From an uncultured Verrucomicrobiae bacterium (GTDB taxonomy: Bacteria > Verrucomicrobiota > Verrucomicrobiia > Limisphaerales > JAFGQR01), in contig CAWBHS010000110.1 of NCBI GenBank assembly GCA_963788655.1, forward strand, positions 128,001 to 192,000: a stretch of 64,000 nucleotides of DNA. Reading direction: 5' to 3'. The position numbers and the translations under genes are program-made. Shown piece after piece: positions 1 to 9,476 of this stretch. A model generated the notes under the pieces. That model did not search any database. It saw nothing but the letters and a program-made list of their open reading frames with translations, and was not told the origin of the DNA. How positions within the stretch are numbered: the first letter of the stretch is position 1; each line of letters opens with the position of its first letter.

Positions 1-53
1 CTTTACCTCCTTGGGCCGAAAGAAACGACAGGAAGCCCCCAAAACTTCCCCGG

Positions 54-1310
54 CTAGCTACCGCAGAACCGCTCGAATGCGCCGCCGAAAAGGTTTTGCG
101 CATCGCGCTGCATTTCCTCCTTCGACACCTCCCAACCCGCGCGGGCCAAATCCGTGTATTTGTCCACCAGCACTTTGGCAATGATCCGGCGCGAGTGTTG
201 CCATTTATAGATGATTTGATCCAGCACGCGGGCGTCGGAATGTTGCGGCGTTACACTCAGGCCAAGCAACTCCAGTCGCATCCGGGTGATCTCTTCGATC
301 AGCGAGGGCACGTTGGTGAACCACCAGCAACCAAACGCGTGGAGGTTGCGGAATTTGCGGGCGACCACGCACAGCTCGTGCTGGTTTTCGCGCGCCAGGA
401 CCGTCGCCAGAAACTTCGTGTCCGGAAACGCGGCACACAAATTCTCCAGCGCGCTCATCCGGCTCAACCCAACCCCATCGCCGGCCAGTTTCAAGGCGGG
501 ATTCACCTGCCGTTTGACGCCAAACATCAGCGCCATGGGCAGTCCAGCATCCCGGCAATGCGGCAACACCGCCTTCTCCAACAACCGCGCCGCAAATGTG
601 TCCGCCGGAAAATCAAAGTCGGGACTCAACGACACCATCAGATAACGGGCTTGAATCCGGCGGGTCCAGTCATCGAGAAAACGGCGCACTTCGCTGATGG
701 TCTTCTCGCTCAAACTCGCGCCAACCGCATAGCCCCACTGGGTCAACCAGGGAATGGTGTCCCCCCACGCCAGAAGCAACGGATCAATGCGTAACGCCGC
801 CATGAACCGCTCGTCCCGAGCAAAACCCTGCTCCCATTGGGGACGCTCCACCGGGTCGAACGGGGAATTGGTCATACAGATCTTCCGTACTCCCGCCAGT
901 TCCATGCAACGGGTGACATAGTCCTCCGGCTTCCATCCGGCAAACCAAGCGCGCAAGGCCGGCAGATCCCGCTGTTTGGGGTCCAGACCGAGGGCTTGAA
1001 GCACAGTCAAAACCCCACGGCAGGCCTCCGAAACCGGGGAATTCCGGATAAACAATTGGTCCCAGATCAGGTCGGCTTGCTCCGTTTTTGACAAAGCCCA
1101 GAAGGCTGCGTAGGGCTGCTCAAGATAGCGGAACGCCTCGGCCACCAAGTAGTGATAAACCAGGAGTTCATCAATCCCCCAAAGCAAAAGTTCACCAAAG
1201 GCTGGATCATAGAGATGGGTGTGAATATCCAGCACCGGCGTGGCCGCAACAATCTGTTCGACCTGCGCGGCCAGTTCCGGATGCGGTTGGTGAGCGGACG
1301 TGGAATTCAT
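54..1310 (-). CDS. uxaC: Glucuronate (uronate) isomerase, amidohydrolase superfamily
   Basis: 418 aa; metal-binding DIHTH near the N-terminus, FGCWWF and PQHSDARVLDQ.IYKW motifs typical of the Bacillus halodurans-type uronate isomerases. Confidence 0.85.
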   Translation of the reverse strand: MNSTSAHQPHPELAAQVEQIVAATPVLDIHTHLYDPAFGELLLWGIDELLVYHYLVAEAFRYLEQPYAAFWALSKTEQADLIWDQLFIRNSPVSEACRGVLTVLQALGLDPKQRDLPALRAWFAGWKPEDYVTRCMELAGVRKICMTNSPFDPVERPQWEQGFARDERFMAALRIDPLLLAWGDTIPWLTQWGYAVGASLSEKTISEVRRFLDDWTRRIQARYLMVSLSPDFDFPADTFAARLLEKAVLPHCRDAGLPMALMFGVKRQVNPALKLAGDGVGLSRMSALENLCAAFPDTKFLATVLARENQHELCVVARKFRNLHAFGCWWFTNVPSLIEEITRMRLELLGLSVTPQHSDARVLDQIIYKWQHSRRIIAKVLVDKYTDLARAGWEVSKEEMQRDAQNLFGGAFERFCGS

Positions 1311-1463
1311 AAGGGCGGCACCGTATCGAAAAGCCGCGGATGGTTCTACCTTTTTTTCCAGTCAATTGCCAAACATTCCCTTTGACGCCGGAAGCGCGAA
1401 CCTTTTGCGAAATCGGCACCCGGGGTGAAGATTATGTGCTCCAGAACTCGGAACGCAGCAAGG

Positions 1464-1528
1464 TAGCGCGGATGCCCGCCTCCGCGCGAAGTAATGGGCA
1501 ACGTTGGCATTTCGAGGGCATCCGCGCG
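1464..1528. repeat. REP-like palindrome doublet (GCGCGGATGCC family)
   Basis: gtagcgcggatgccc...gggcatccgcgc inverted arms; related doublet at 39897-39966. Confidence 0.5.
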
Positions 1529-1550
1529 GCGGTCTGGAAAATATGCGGGT

Positions 1551-1577
1551 TAAGCCCCCTCTCCTGCTTGCCGATAC
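1551..1577 (+). promoter_or_regulatory. Putative sigma-28 (FliA/SigD) promoter
   Basis: TAAG (1551-1554), 15-nt spacer, GCCGATAC (1570-1577) versus consensus TAAA-N15-GCCGATAA; lies upstream of a flagellin-like ORF. Confidence 0.6.
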
Positions 1578-1828
1578 CCCAGTTAGCTTACGATCAAGCC
1601 GGTCCACCATCAGGAAGGTTTGCCGACTCAAGGCGTCCAAGCGGCAATCCAATGGGCCGAATGTGAAGGCGAATGCCCGCGTGAGGCCGCCGGCCGCCCG
1701 ATGATCCGAAGCCACTTAGGTCTTTTATGTTTAGTCAGGAAAACGCAGCAACAACATCGGACGACACCCCCGAGCGTCCTGAACCTCACCGCGAGCCGCG
1801 GTCGCCTTTGACGAATGACAATTCGAAC

Positions 1829-2497
1829 ATGATCTACCTGCACTCCCAACCGCCGGACCGGGTTTCCGGAAATCGGCAATCCATCGAAACTGAATCAGAA
1901 CTCCCCCCCGGTTTCGCCCTCCGGCAAGCCCTCGCTTTCAGCCAGGAACAACTGGAGGCCATTGCAAAAATTCGCATCGCTCTGCAACAAATGGCCCTGT
2001 TGGCCCAAGCGGCGCTTCAGGTTCCCGAGGCGGAACGACCGGTTCGGGCCAAGGAATTTCAAACCTGGGTGGCCCGGATTCAACACCACCGGGCCGAAGA
2101 ATTTGCGCAGGCCAAATTGTTCGATGGCCAAACGGTGGTTGTAAACGTGGAGCCTCAGGGCAACCGGCTGGTCATGGCCGGAGTAAATCTGCGTGCCATT
2201 GCCTACACTCAGGTCTTGGATTCCGGGGTGGAACACCCAACTCGCGGCGCGCGCGCCCGGGCCACCACCGAAGCCGCCCTCCGGCAACTGGCGTTCGATG
2301 AAACCATCGTCCGAGCGAATGTGGAACGTTTGCACTTCTGCCTCCAACAAACGCTGATCTTAAATGCGGCCCCAACCGGGGCGGGAGCCCAACTGGCCGC
2401 TCCGATGGGCCACCTCGCCCGTCACGAATCGGGCTGGTCACCTGGCGAAGCCTATTCTCCGCGAAGCCGCCCTGCCTTGCAGACCGCCTTGGGATAG
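1829..2497 (+). CDS. Divergent flagellin-like protein (D1 core kept, D0 termini degenerate); alternative start 1727
   Basis: QALAFSQEQ..IAKIRIALQQMALLA...ER....KEFQT and KLFDG...V.V...G..LVMAGVNL...AYT...AALRQLA.D...V.AN..RL follow the ND1/CD1 pattern of short flagellins. Confidence 0.65.
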   Translation: MIYLHSQPPDRVSGNRQSIETESELPPGFALRQALAFSQEQLEAIAKIRIALQQMALLAQAALQVPEAERPVRAKEFQTWVARIQHHRAEEFAQAKLFDGQTVVVNVEPQGNRLVMAGVNLRAIAYTQVLDSGVEHPTRGARARATTEAALRQLAFDETIVRANVERLHFCLQQTLILNAAPTGAGAQLAAPMGHLARHESGWSPGEAYSPRSRPALQTALG

Positions 2498-2616
2498 AAG
2501 CTTGCCTGGCAATGAACTTCCGGTTACCTGTAGTTGCGAACCGTCAATCTTCACCCATCAGTGATGATGACCACTTTGATAATTGTCGGCACCCGGATAA
2601 CTGCAAACTGATACGT

Positions 2617-2859
2617 ATGGCGGGAACCAGACATCGCCCCAGCAAGCCTCGGAGCAGGAAACCGCAGGCGAAGGCCGTGTTGACCAGGACGGCATCGCCG
2701 CGAGCGGCTCGAACCACCAATCCCGTGAATCGGGGGGGCCAGCCGCCAGTCCGGCCAGCCAAAGTGGCGCGCGCCAAGAAACTGTTGCGTGATCCCGCTT
2801 ATCCTTCGCCCTCGGTGTTGAAAGCCGTGGCGAAAAGGCTGAGCAAAAAGCTCAAGTAA
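2617..2859 (+). CDS. Small basic protein with FlgM-like (anti-sigma-28) C-terminal segment
   Basis: 80 aa from ATG 2617; disordered basic N-half; C-terminal PVRPAKVARAKKLLRDPAYPSPSVLKAVAKRL resembles the FlgM VR..KV..LK..I..G.Y....IA..L segment. Confidence 0.5.
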   Translation: MAGTRHRPSKPRSRKPQAKAVLTRTASPRAARTTNPVNRGGQPPVRPAKVARAKKLLRDPAYPSPSVLKAVAKRLSKKLK

Positions 2860-4368
2860 TTAACGGTTGTCGAGCGTTTCGCGCACGGCGGCCACCAGTT
2901 GCGCGTTATCAAAAGGCTTCGGCAAGAAGCGCACTCCATCGATTTCCATGGTCCCATCCGGATCCTGCTCCTGCAACCCGCCGCTAAGTAGAATCGCCTT
3001 GAGCTGAGGCTGCTTTTCCCGCAAACGGATCAAGGCATCCCGTCCGTTCAGGTGGGGCATGTGCAGATCCATCAACACCAGATCAATGGGCGCCGCCTGC
3101 GTGTATTGCTGGATCGCGTCTTCCCCGTCGCGGGCTACCAGCACCTGATAGCCCCGGTAACTCAGCACGGCGCGCATGACCACGCGCACCGCTTCTTCGT
3201 CATCAACCACTAAAATCCGTTCCCGTCCTTCCATCGTTTTAGCGTCCACCATTGCTAGATCCGGTTGACTGGGTGTGGCCGGCGTTTCGCACGACCGTGG
3301 CAGGTAAAGGTGAAACGTGGTTCCCTGCCCCCCGCTGCTCTCCGCTTCAATCCAACCCCCGTGCTCGGAAATCACGCTGAAGGTGATGGACAGGCCCAGA
3401 CCCAGGCCGGTGCGCATATCCTTGACGGTCAGATTCGGTTCAGACAACCGTGCCAACGTTTCCGGAGCCATACCTCGGCCGGTGTCGGCGATGGTCAGCT
3501 TTACAAATTGTCCGGCTTTGCGCGGTGGCTGCGCCTCCACCGCGGCAAGGTTGACCGAGGTCAGCGACATTGTTAACCGCCCGCCGTTGGGCATCGCGTC
3601 GCGGGCATTGAGCCCCAGGTTGACCAAAGCCTGCATCAACTGATTGGAGTCCCCGCGCACCTGCCAGGGGTCGCTGGGGACCGCCGTCCAATTAATTTCA
3701 ATGCGCGGGTCGATGCTATGGCGCAAGACAAACACGACCTGCTCGACCACGTCATTCAAGTTGACGGCGGTGAACTTCCGTTTGGCCTGCCGGCTGAAGC
3801 TCTGCAATTTGGCCATCATGTCCGCGCCTCGTCGCGCGCTGGTTTGCGCGTAAGCCAGGTTGGCTTTCAACGAATCAGGGCATTCGGGAGAGTGAACCGC
3901 CAGGTCAACCTGAGAAATGATGGCCGTCAAAATATTGTTAAAGTCATGGGTGATGCCGCTGGCCAGCGCGCCCACCGCCTGATGTTTGCGTGCCAGGTGA
4001 ACCGCATCTTCCATCTGCTGTTGCAGCGTGATATCCCGAAACCGAGCCGTCACAAAGCTTTTGCCCGCCACGATGGTCCGGCTGAGCCAAGCCTCCAGGG
4101 GCAGCCGTTTCCCCTCCGCTGGCTCCATTTCCAACCGCCGAACCGGGCGAGGCGCGCGCCCCGAAAAATCCAATTCACCGACCTTGAGCTGAGTCCACAC
4201 TTGGGCCAAGGCGGGAAATTGAGTCAACGGCTGTCCCAGCGCCTGCGGACGGGGGCAATGGAAGATATGGGCCGCCGCCTCGTTTAAATAAACGATCCGT
4301 TGTTGTTCGTTCACGCTCAGAATCGCGTCGTCGAGTGAGTTGATGATCGCTTCGGTCAGGCCGTCCAT
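2860..4368 (-). CDS. PAS-domain hybrid sensor histidine kinase with C-terminal receiver
   Basis: N-terminal PAS; H-box ITHDFNNIL; N-box NLGLNARDAM; G1 DTGRGM; receiver VVDDE...LMD...FLPKPF. Confidence 0.92.
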   Translation of the reverse strand: MDGLTEAIINSLDDAILSVNEQQRIVYLNEAAAHIFHCPRPQALGQPLTQFPALAQVWTQLKVGELDFSGRAPRPVRRLEMEPAEGKRLPLEAWLSRTIVAGKSFVTARFRDITLQQQMEDAVHLARKHQAVGALASGITHDFNNILTAIISQVDLAVHSPECPDSLKANLAYAQTSARRGADMMAKLQSFSRQAKRKFTAVNLNDVVEQVVFVLRHSIDPRIEINWTAVPSDPWQVRGDSNQLMQALVNLGLNARDAMPNGGRLTMSLTSVNLAAVEAQPPRKAGQFVKLTIADTGRGMAPETLARLSEPNLTVKDMRTGLGLGLSITFSVISEHGGWIEAESSGGQGTTFHLYLPRSCETPATPSQPDLAMVDAKTMEGRERILVVDDEEAVRVVMRAVLSYRGYQVLVARDGEDAIQQYTQAAPIDLVLMDLHMPHLNGRDALIRLREKQPQLKAILLSGGLQEQDPDGTMEIDGVRFLPKPFDNAQLVAAVRETLDNR

Positions 4369-4479
4369 ACAATGTCGTCTGGCTTAAGAATGCGCGCCCC
4401 GAGGCGCTTGCCAACCGGCCCGAACATAAAGTTTCGTTGACAACTTGAAAATCGAAAAGAGATAGTTTTTTGCAACGAC

Positions 4480-6108
4480 ATGGATGCTGCAAAACGATCG
4501 ACTCAAACACCTAACCAGCAGGCTGGCTCCGCGGCTCGCACCGGGAAATCCAAACCGCGAACCTCCCCTGCCAGCGATCATCTACCAGAGGACGGATCCC
4601 CGCCGCTGAAGCAACTGGCGGCGTTCTGGCCCGGGGTGGTGTTCCAGCAACGCCCGGATTTCACCTTCGCGTTTGTCACCTCCCAAATGGAAGAGCTGAC
4701 CGGCGTGCCCGTGGCGCACTGGCACACTTCGCCGGTGCGGTTTTGGGACGTTGTTCACGAGCAGGATGCGGAACGGCTGGGCCGCCAAATCCAGGAATGC
4801 GCGCAGGCTCCGGGCTTCGTGACGCTGGAATATCGCCTTCGTAATTTGCAGACTGGCCGTGTCCATTATCTCACAGAACGCCGCCGGGCGCTGCGGAATG
4901 CTGCGGGCGAACTCGTCGGTTACGAAGGCCTTTGGCTGGATTGCACCCGACAAAAGTTGGCCGAACGACGGATGGCCGCCGCGAACTGGAACGAAACCCT
5001 CGCCGTAGTCACGATGGGGCTGGCCCATGACTTTAATAATATCTTCGCGGGGATTTGCTCGCTCAGCGATACTTATCTCTGCCAGGTGGACGCCAGTCAT
5101 CCGTTTCACGAGGGTTTGACGCTCATCAACCAGAAAGCCAACGAGGCCAGCCAACTGGTGAATCGGCTGGCCAATGTCCACCGCGACAAAACCGGCTCCC
5201 GAAGTTACCACGACCTGAACGAGGTGGTGCGGAATGCGGTGGAACTCTTGCGCCGCGTTTTTCCACGGCAAGTCGAATTCACCACTCAGCTCAGCGAGAC
5301 GGCTCTACCGCTTTATGTCGATGCCGTGGCTTTTCAACGCGTCATCATTAATCTGGTGTTGAATGCCGTCGAGGCGATGACCGAACGCGGTGAATTGCGC
5401 TTCGAAACGTCTCAACAAGCAACGCTCGACCGTCCCGAACATGCCGTCGGCATCGTCCCGCGAATGCCTGGTTGCTGTCTGACCATTGCCGACACCGGCA
5501 AAGGCATCCCAATCCGTCATCTGGATTCAATTTTTGATTCGTACTTTACGACCAAATCAGTGAACCACGGGTGCGGTCTCGGCCTGTCCAACGCAAAACG
5601 CTTTGTCGAAAATCATCAGGGATTGATTGCCGTGGAATCCAATGAAGGGGCGGGAACGACGTTCCGTCTCTGGCTGCCGCAGGCCGATTTTACCGAGGCA
5701 GAGCCAGGGGAAGCGAGTTTGCCCCACCGGCGCCGGTCGTTCTTATTGGTGGGGCCGCCTGGTCCCCCGCTCGACGTCATGGCCGCGTTGTTGCGGCAGC
5801 ACCAGGTGCAAGTCTTCACCACCACCGACCACGCTGAAGACTGGTTCCAATCCGGCGAGTACTGCTTTGACGGCTTGATCCTGCAAATCGAGGCCCAGGA
5901 CTTGCAGGCGCCCTCGCTGGTCAGTTTCGTCCGTCAACACACCCCGAACCTGAAGGTGATTCTGCAAATTCTGGGTGGCCAACAGGAGCCAATGGAAACC
6001 CAGTTCCTCTTCCGCGCGGATTTGATTTTGACCCCGGACCTCACGGCGGAGGCCATTTGGACGAAGCTGGAAGAACTCTTCAACCCGCAATCAGACAGCG
6101 ATTCATGA
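4480..6108 (+). CDS. PAS-domain histidine kinase with degenerate C-terminal receiver-like domain
   Basis: PAS (VHEQDAE); H-box LAHDFNNIF; NLVLNAVEAM; DTGKGI; FTTK..GCGLGL; C-terminal receiver-like fold lacking the acidic pocket. Confidence 0.9.
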   Translation: MDAAKRSTQTPNQQAGSAARTGKSKPRTSPASDHLPEDGSPPLKQLAAFWPGVVFQQRPDFTFAFVTSQMEELTGVPVAHWHTSPVRFWDVVHEQDAERLGRQIQECAQAPGFVTLEYRLRNLQTGRVHYLTERRRALRNAAGELVGYEGLWLDCTRQKLAERRMAAANWNETLAVVTMGLAHDFNNIFAGICSLSDTYLCQVDASHPFHEGLTLINQKANEASQLVNRLANVHRDKTGSRSYHDLNEVVRNAVELLRRVFPRQVEFTTQLSETALPLYVDAVAFQRVIINLVLNAVEAMTERGELRFETSQQATLDRPEHAVGIVPRMPGCCLTIADTGKGIPIRHLDSIFDSYFTTKSVNHGCGLGLSNAKRFVENHQGLIAVESNEGAGTTFRLWLPQADFTEAEPGEASLPHRRRSFLLVGPPGPPLDVMAALLRQHQVQVFTTTDHAEDWFQSGEYCFDGLILQIEAQDLQAPSLVSFVRQHTPNLKVILQILGGQQEPMETQFLFRADLILTPDLTAEAIWTKLEELFNPQSDSDS

Positions 6109-6620
6109 ACAAGGAAACCGCCGCCGCTGCCGTCCACAATGCGCCCCCAATTTTGGTGGTCGATGATGAGGCTATCGTTCTGGTGGCCCTGCGCGATCTC
6201 CTGCGCCAACAAGGTTATCAGGTCGTCACCGCCACGGAGGTGGTGTCCGCCCTGAACCTTTTGAGCCAGCAGACCTTTGCCGTGGTGATCGCCGATCATC
6301 AAATGCCCCAACTCACCGGCCTGGAGTTCCTGGCGGAAGCCCGGCGGTTGCAACCGGATGCTTTACGGATTCTGACCACCGGGATGCTTGAGCCGAATAC
6401 GGCATTGGAGGCCATCAACCGAGCCGGCGTTTCTCAATTGTTACTGAAGCCCTGGCGCCGGGAAGAACTGTTGCCAATTGTCCAACAGGCGATGGAACGT
6501 TACTTGACACTCCAGCGCGAGCGCCAACGGCTCGACGACGCCCTGGCCCAAAACGCCGAACTCCGCCGGAAGCTTGAGAAGCTCGAACAACAACTGCGCG
6601 ACACAACGTCACCGAAATGA
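6105..6620 (+). CDS. Response regulator (receiver plus coiled coil, no output domain)
   Basis: ILVVDDE, VIADHQMPQLTG, LLKPW; ATG overlaps the kinase stop (ATGA). Confidence 0.88.
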   Translation: MNKETAAAAVHNAPPILVVDDEAIVLVALRDLLRQQGYQVVTATEVVSALNLLSQQTFAVVIADHQMPQLTGLEFLAEARRLQPDALRILTTGMLEPNTALEAINRAGVSQLLLKPWRREELLPIVQQAMERYLTLQRERQRLDDALAQNAELRRKLEKLEQQLRDTTSPK

Positions 6621-6659
6621 ACCGCCACGTTGTGGAAGGTTGGCCGAATAGCCGCCACA

Positions 6660-6745
6660 TTCTTGATCCTGCTCTTGCTCTTGCTCTTACTTTTTCCAGG
6701 CGTTAAGCGAGCAAGAACAAGAGTAGGATCAAGAGCAAGAGGAAC
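6660..6745. repeat. Hexamer-periodic inverted repeat (CTCTTG/CAAGAG)
   Basis: tcttgatcctgctcttgctcttgctc ... gagcaagaacaagagtaggatcaagagcaagag. Confidence 0.7.
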
Positions 6746-6890
6746 ATACCACAGCTTGACTCAATGGTAGTGGGGCTGGGAACGTGGCCAGGGACCACAC
6801 GAACTGAAATGACTCATGCGTCGATGTTGGGACCGATTGTCTTTTCGCTTTTCCCAATCCGAGAAACCTGCAAACTCATCGCCGAACACT

Positions 6891-8568
6891 ATGAGCGCAA
6901 AATACACCATCGGTCTGGATTACGGCACCAACTCGGTGCGCTGTTTGATCGTCAACACGGCCAATGGCCGCGAAGTGGCCACGGCGGTTTGGGGCTACGA
7001 ACACGGCACCGAGGGAGTGATCCTTTCGCGGGATCCCAACCTGGCCCGGCAACATCCCGCCGATTACCTCAAGGGCGCGGAAGTCACCATCAAGAAAGCG
7101 CTCGCCGCCGCGAAGAAATCCGTGCGCGGCTTCCAGCCGGATCAGGTCATCGGCATTGGCGTGGATACCACCGGCAGCACGCCGTTGCCCGTGGATCGCG
7201 AGGACAGCCGCTGGCCTTCACTAAGAAGTTCGCCAACGATCCCGCCGCCATGGCGTGGCTCTGGAAGGACCACACCAGCGTGGCCGAGGCCGCCGAGATC
7301 ACCGCCCTGGCGAAAAAGATGCGGCCGCAATATCTGGCCAAGTGCGGCGGCACGTACTCGAGCGAATGGTTCTTCAGCAAGATTCTGCACTGCCTGCGCA
7401 CCAGTCCGGACGTGTTCGACGCCGCTTACACCTGGGTCGAGTGCGCCGACTACGTCCCGGCCGCGCTGACCGGAACTGAAGCCCCGGAGAAACTCACCGT
7501 GGGCGTCTGCGCCGCCGGCCACAAGGCGATGTACAACGACCAATGGGGCGGCTACCCGGATGCGGAGTTTCTCGCGAAGCTGGATCCCAAACTGGGCGCC
7601 CTGCGTTCGCGCCTTCGTTCGCAGGCTGCCACCATTGATCGCGCGGTCGGCGGCCTGACGGCCGCGTGGGCCAAACGCACTGGGTTGCCAGCGGGCATTC
7701 CCGTGGCGGTGGGCGCGTTCGACGCGCATCTGGGCGCGGTCGGGTCCGGCATCGCAACCGGGCGCACTGGTGAAGATCATCGGCACCAGCACCTGCGACA
7801 TGATGGTCGTGCCAGTCGGCGACAAATTGGCGGACATTCCCGGCCTGTGCGGCATCGTCAACGGCAGCATCCTGCCCGGCTATTACGGCCTGGAAGCAGG
7901 CCAGTCGGCGGTGGGCGACATCTTCAACTGGTTCGTGAACTACATTCAGCCGTGGGGCCAAACGCTCGGTTCGCACGAGCAACTCACCCGGAGCGCGGCC
8001 AAGCTGAAGCCCGGCGAATCGGGCCTGCTCGCGCTGGATTGGAACAACGGCAACCGCACCATCCTGGTGGATCAGCGCCTCACCGGCCTGCTGCTCGGCC
8101 AGACGCTTGTACACCACGCCGGCGGAAATCTACCGCGCGCTGATCGAAGCCACCGCCTTCGGCGCGCTGACGATCATCAACCGCTTCGAGGAATACGGCG
8201 TGAAGGTGAAGCAGGTCGTCAACTGCGGCGGCATCGCCGAGAAGAATCCGATGGTGATGCAGATCTACGCCGACGTGACGGGTCGCCCGATGAAGATCTC
8301 CCGCTCCGCGCAAACCTGCGCGCTGGGCGCGGCGATTGCCGGCGCGGTCGTGGCGGGAGCCTTCCCAAATTACGCCGCCGCCCAAAAGGCGATGACCGGT
8401 TTGAAGCCGCGCGTGTTCAAACCCAATCCCCAAGCCCATGCAATCTATCGCGAACTCTATCCGCTCTACCGCAAACTCCACGATGCCTTCGGCACGGTAA
8501 ACTGGAAGGGGAACCTCGGCGACGTGATGAAGAAACTCCTCGACATCCGCAACCGCGTGCGGAAGTGA
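6891..8568 (+). CDS. araB: L-ribulokinase, split by about 3 frameshifts (~7200, ~7765, ~8107)
   Basis: IGLDYGTNSVR, GVDTTGST, LWKDHT, YSSEWF, GTSTCD, LDWNNGNRT and CGGIAEKN motifs spread across consecutive ORF fragments. Confidence 0.9.
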
Positions 8569-8580
8569 CAACTTGCCCAA

Positions 8581-8749
8581 GGTAGAGCGAGAATCCGTCG
8601 AGCCCTGATTTTCCTTAGCGTGTTCGTCAATCCAATGCCTAGCAGAAGAAAATGTCTGACATTCGAACACCAAACGCTTCCCGCGTTGACGCTGTTAGGA
8701 GTGCGGAAACGATGCGGGAAGTCAGGGCTCGACGGAGTCTCACCCTACC
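8581..8749. repeat. ~170-bp REPIN/MITE-like element, family A, copy 1
   Basis: Arms ggtagagcgagaatccgtcgagccct / agggctcgacggagtctcaccctacc; interior homologous to copies at 16205 and 19211. Confidence 0.8.
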
Positions 8750-8783
8750 TGTCGAGGGTGGGTAACTGGCTCTTAAACAAAAC

Positions 8784-9476
8784 ATGATCAAAGAACTGAA
8801 GAAACAAGTGTGCCAGGCCAATCTGGATTTGGTCACCGCCGGGTTGGTGCTCCAGACATGGGGCAACGCCAGCGGTCTGGACCGACAGCGTGGTCTCATG
8901 GTCATCAAACCTTCCGGCGTGCCCTACGATGGCATGAAGCCGGAACAGATGGTCGTCGTGTCGCTCGCCACCGGCCAAGTGGTCGAGGGCACACTCCGGC
9001 CCAGTTCGGACACGCCGACGCACCTGGTGCTTTATCGGGCGTTCAAGGACATTGGCGGCATCGTCCACACGCACAGCCTTTACGCCACCGCCTGGGCACA
9101 GGCGAAACGCGAAATTCCGGCTCTCGGCACCACCCATGCCGATTTTTGTTATGGCCCGGTGCCCTGCACCCGGACGTTGACTGGGGCCGAGATTGAAGCG
9201 GCTTACGAAGTTAACACCGGCCACGTGATCGTGAAGCGATTTGCCAAACTCGATCCCTTGGCGTGCCCCGCCGTGCTGGTGGCCAATCACGCTCCATTCA
9301 CCTGGGGCAAGACCGTGGCGGACGCCGCCGAACACGCCATCGTGCTCGAGAACGTGGCCCGCCTGGCCAGTGAAACGTTGCGCATCCAATCTGCCATCAA
9401 AGCCGTACCGCAAACCTTGCTCGACAAACATTACTTCCGGAAACACGGCCCGGGAGCCTACTATGGACAAAAATGA
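8784..9476 (+). CDS. araD: L-ribulose-5-phosphate 4-epimerase
   Basis: TWGNASG, VIKPSGV, PSSDTPTH, VHTHS, GTTHAD and C-terminal KHG..AYYGQ. Confidence 0.95.
   Translation: MIKELKKQVCQANLDLVTAGLVLQTWGNASGLDRQRGLMVIKPSGVPYDGMKPEQMVVVSLATGQVVEGTLRPSSDTPTHLVLYRAFKDIGGIVHTHSLYATAWAQAKREIPALGTTHADFCYGPVPCTRTLTGAEIEAAYEVNTGHVIVKRFAKLDPLACPAVLVANHAPFTWGKTVADAAEHAIVLENVARLASETLRIQSAIKAVPQTLLDKHYFRKHGPGAYYGQK

Noticed and set aside
4427..4466. TAAAGTTT and TTGACA promoter-like boxes between the divergent kinases
   Set aside because: No correctly spaced GCCGATAA or convincing TATAAT partner
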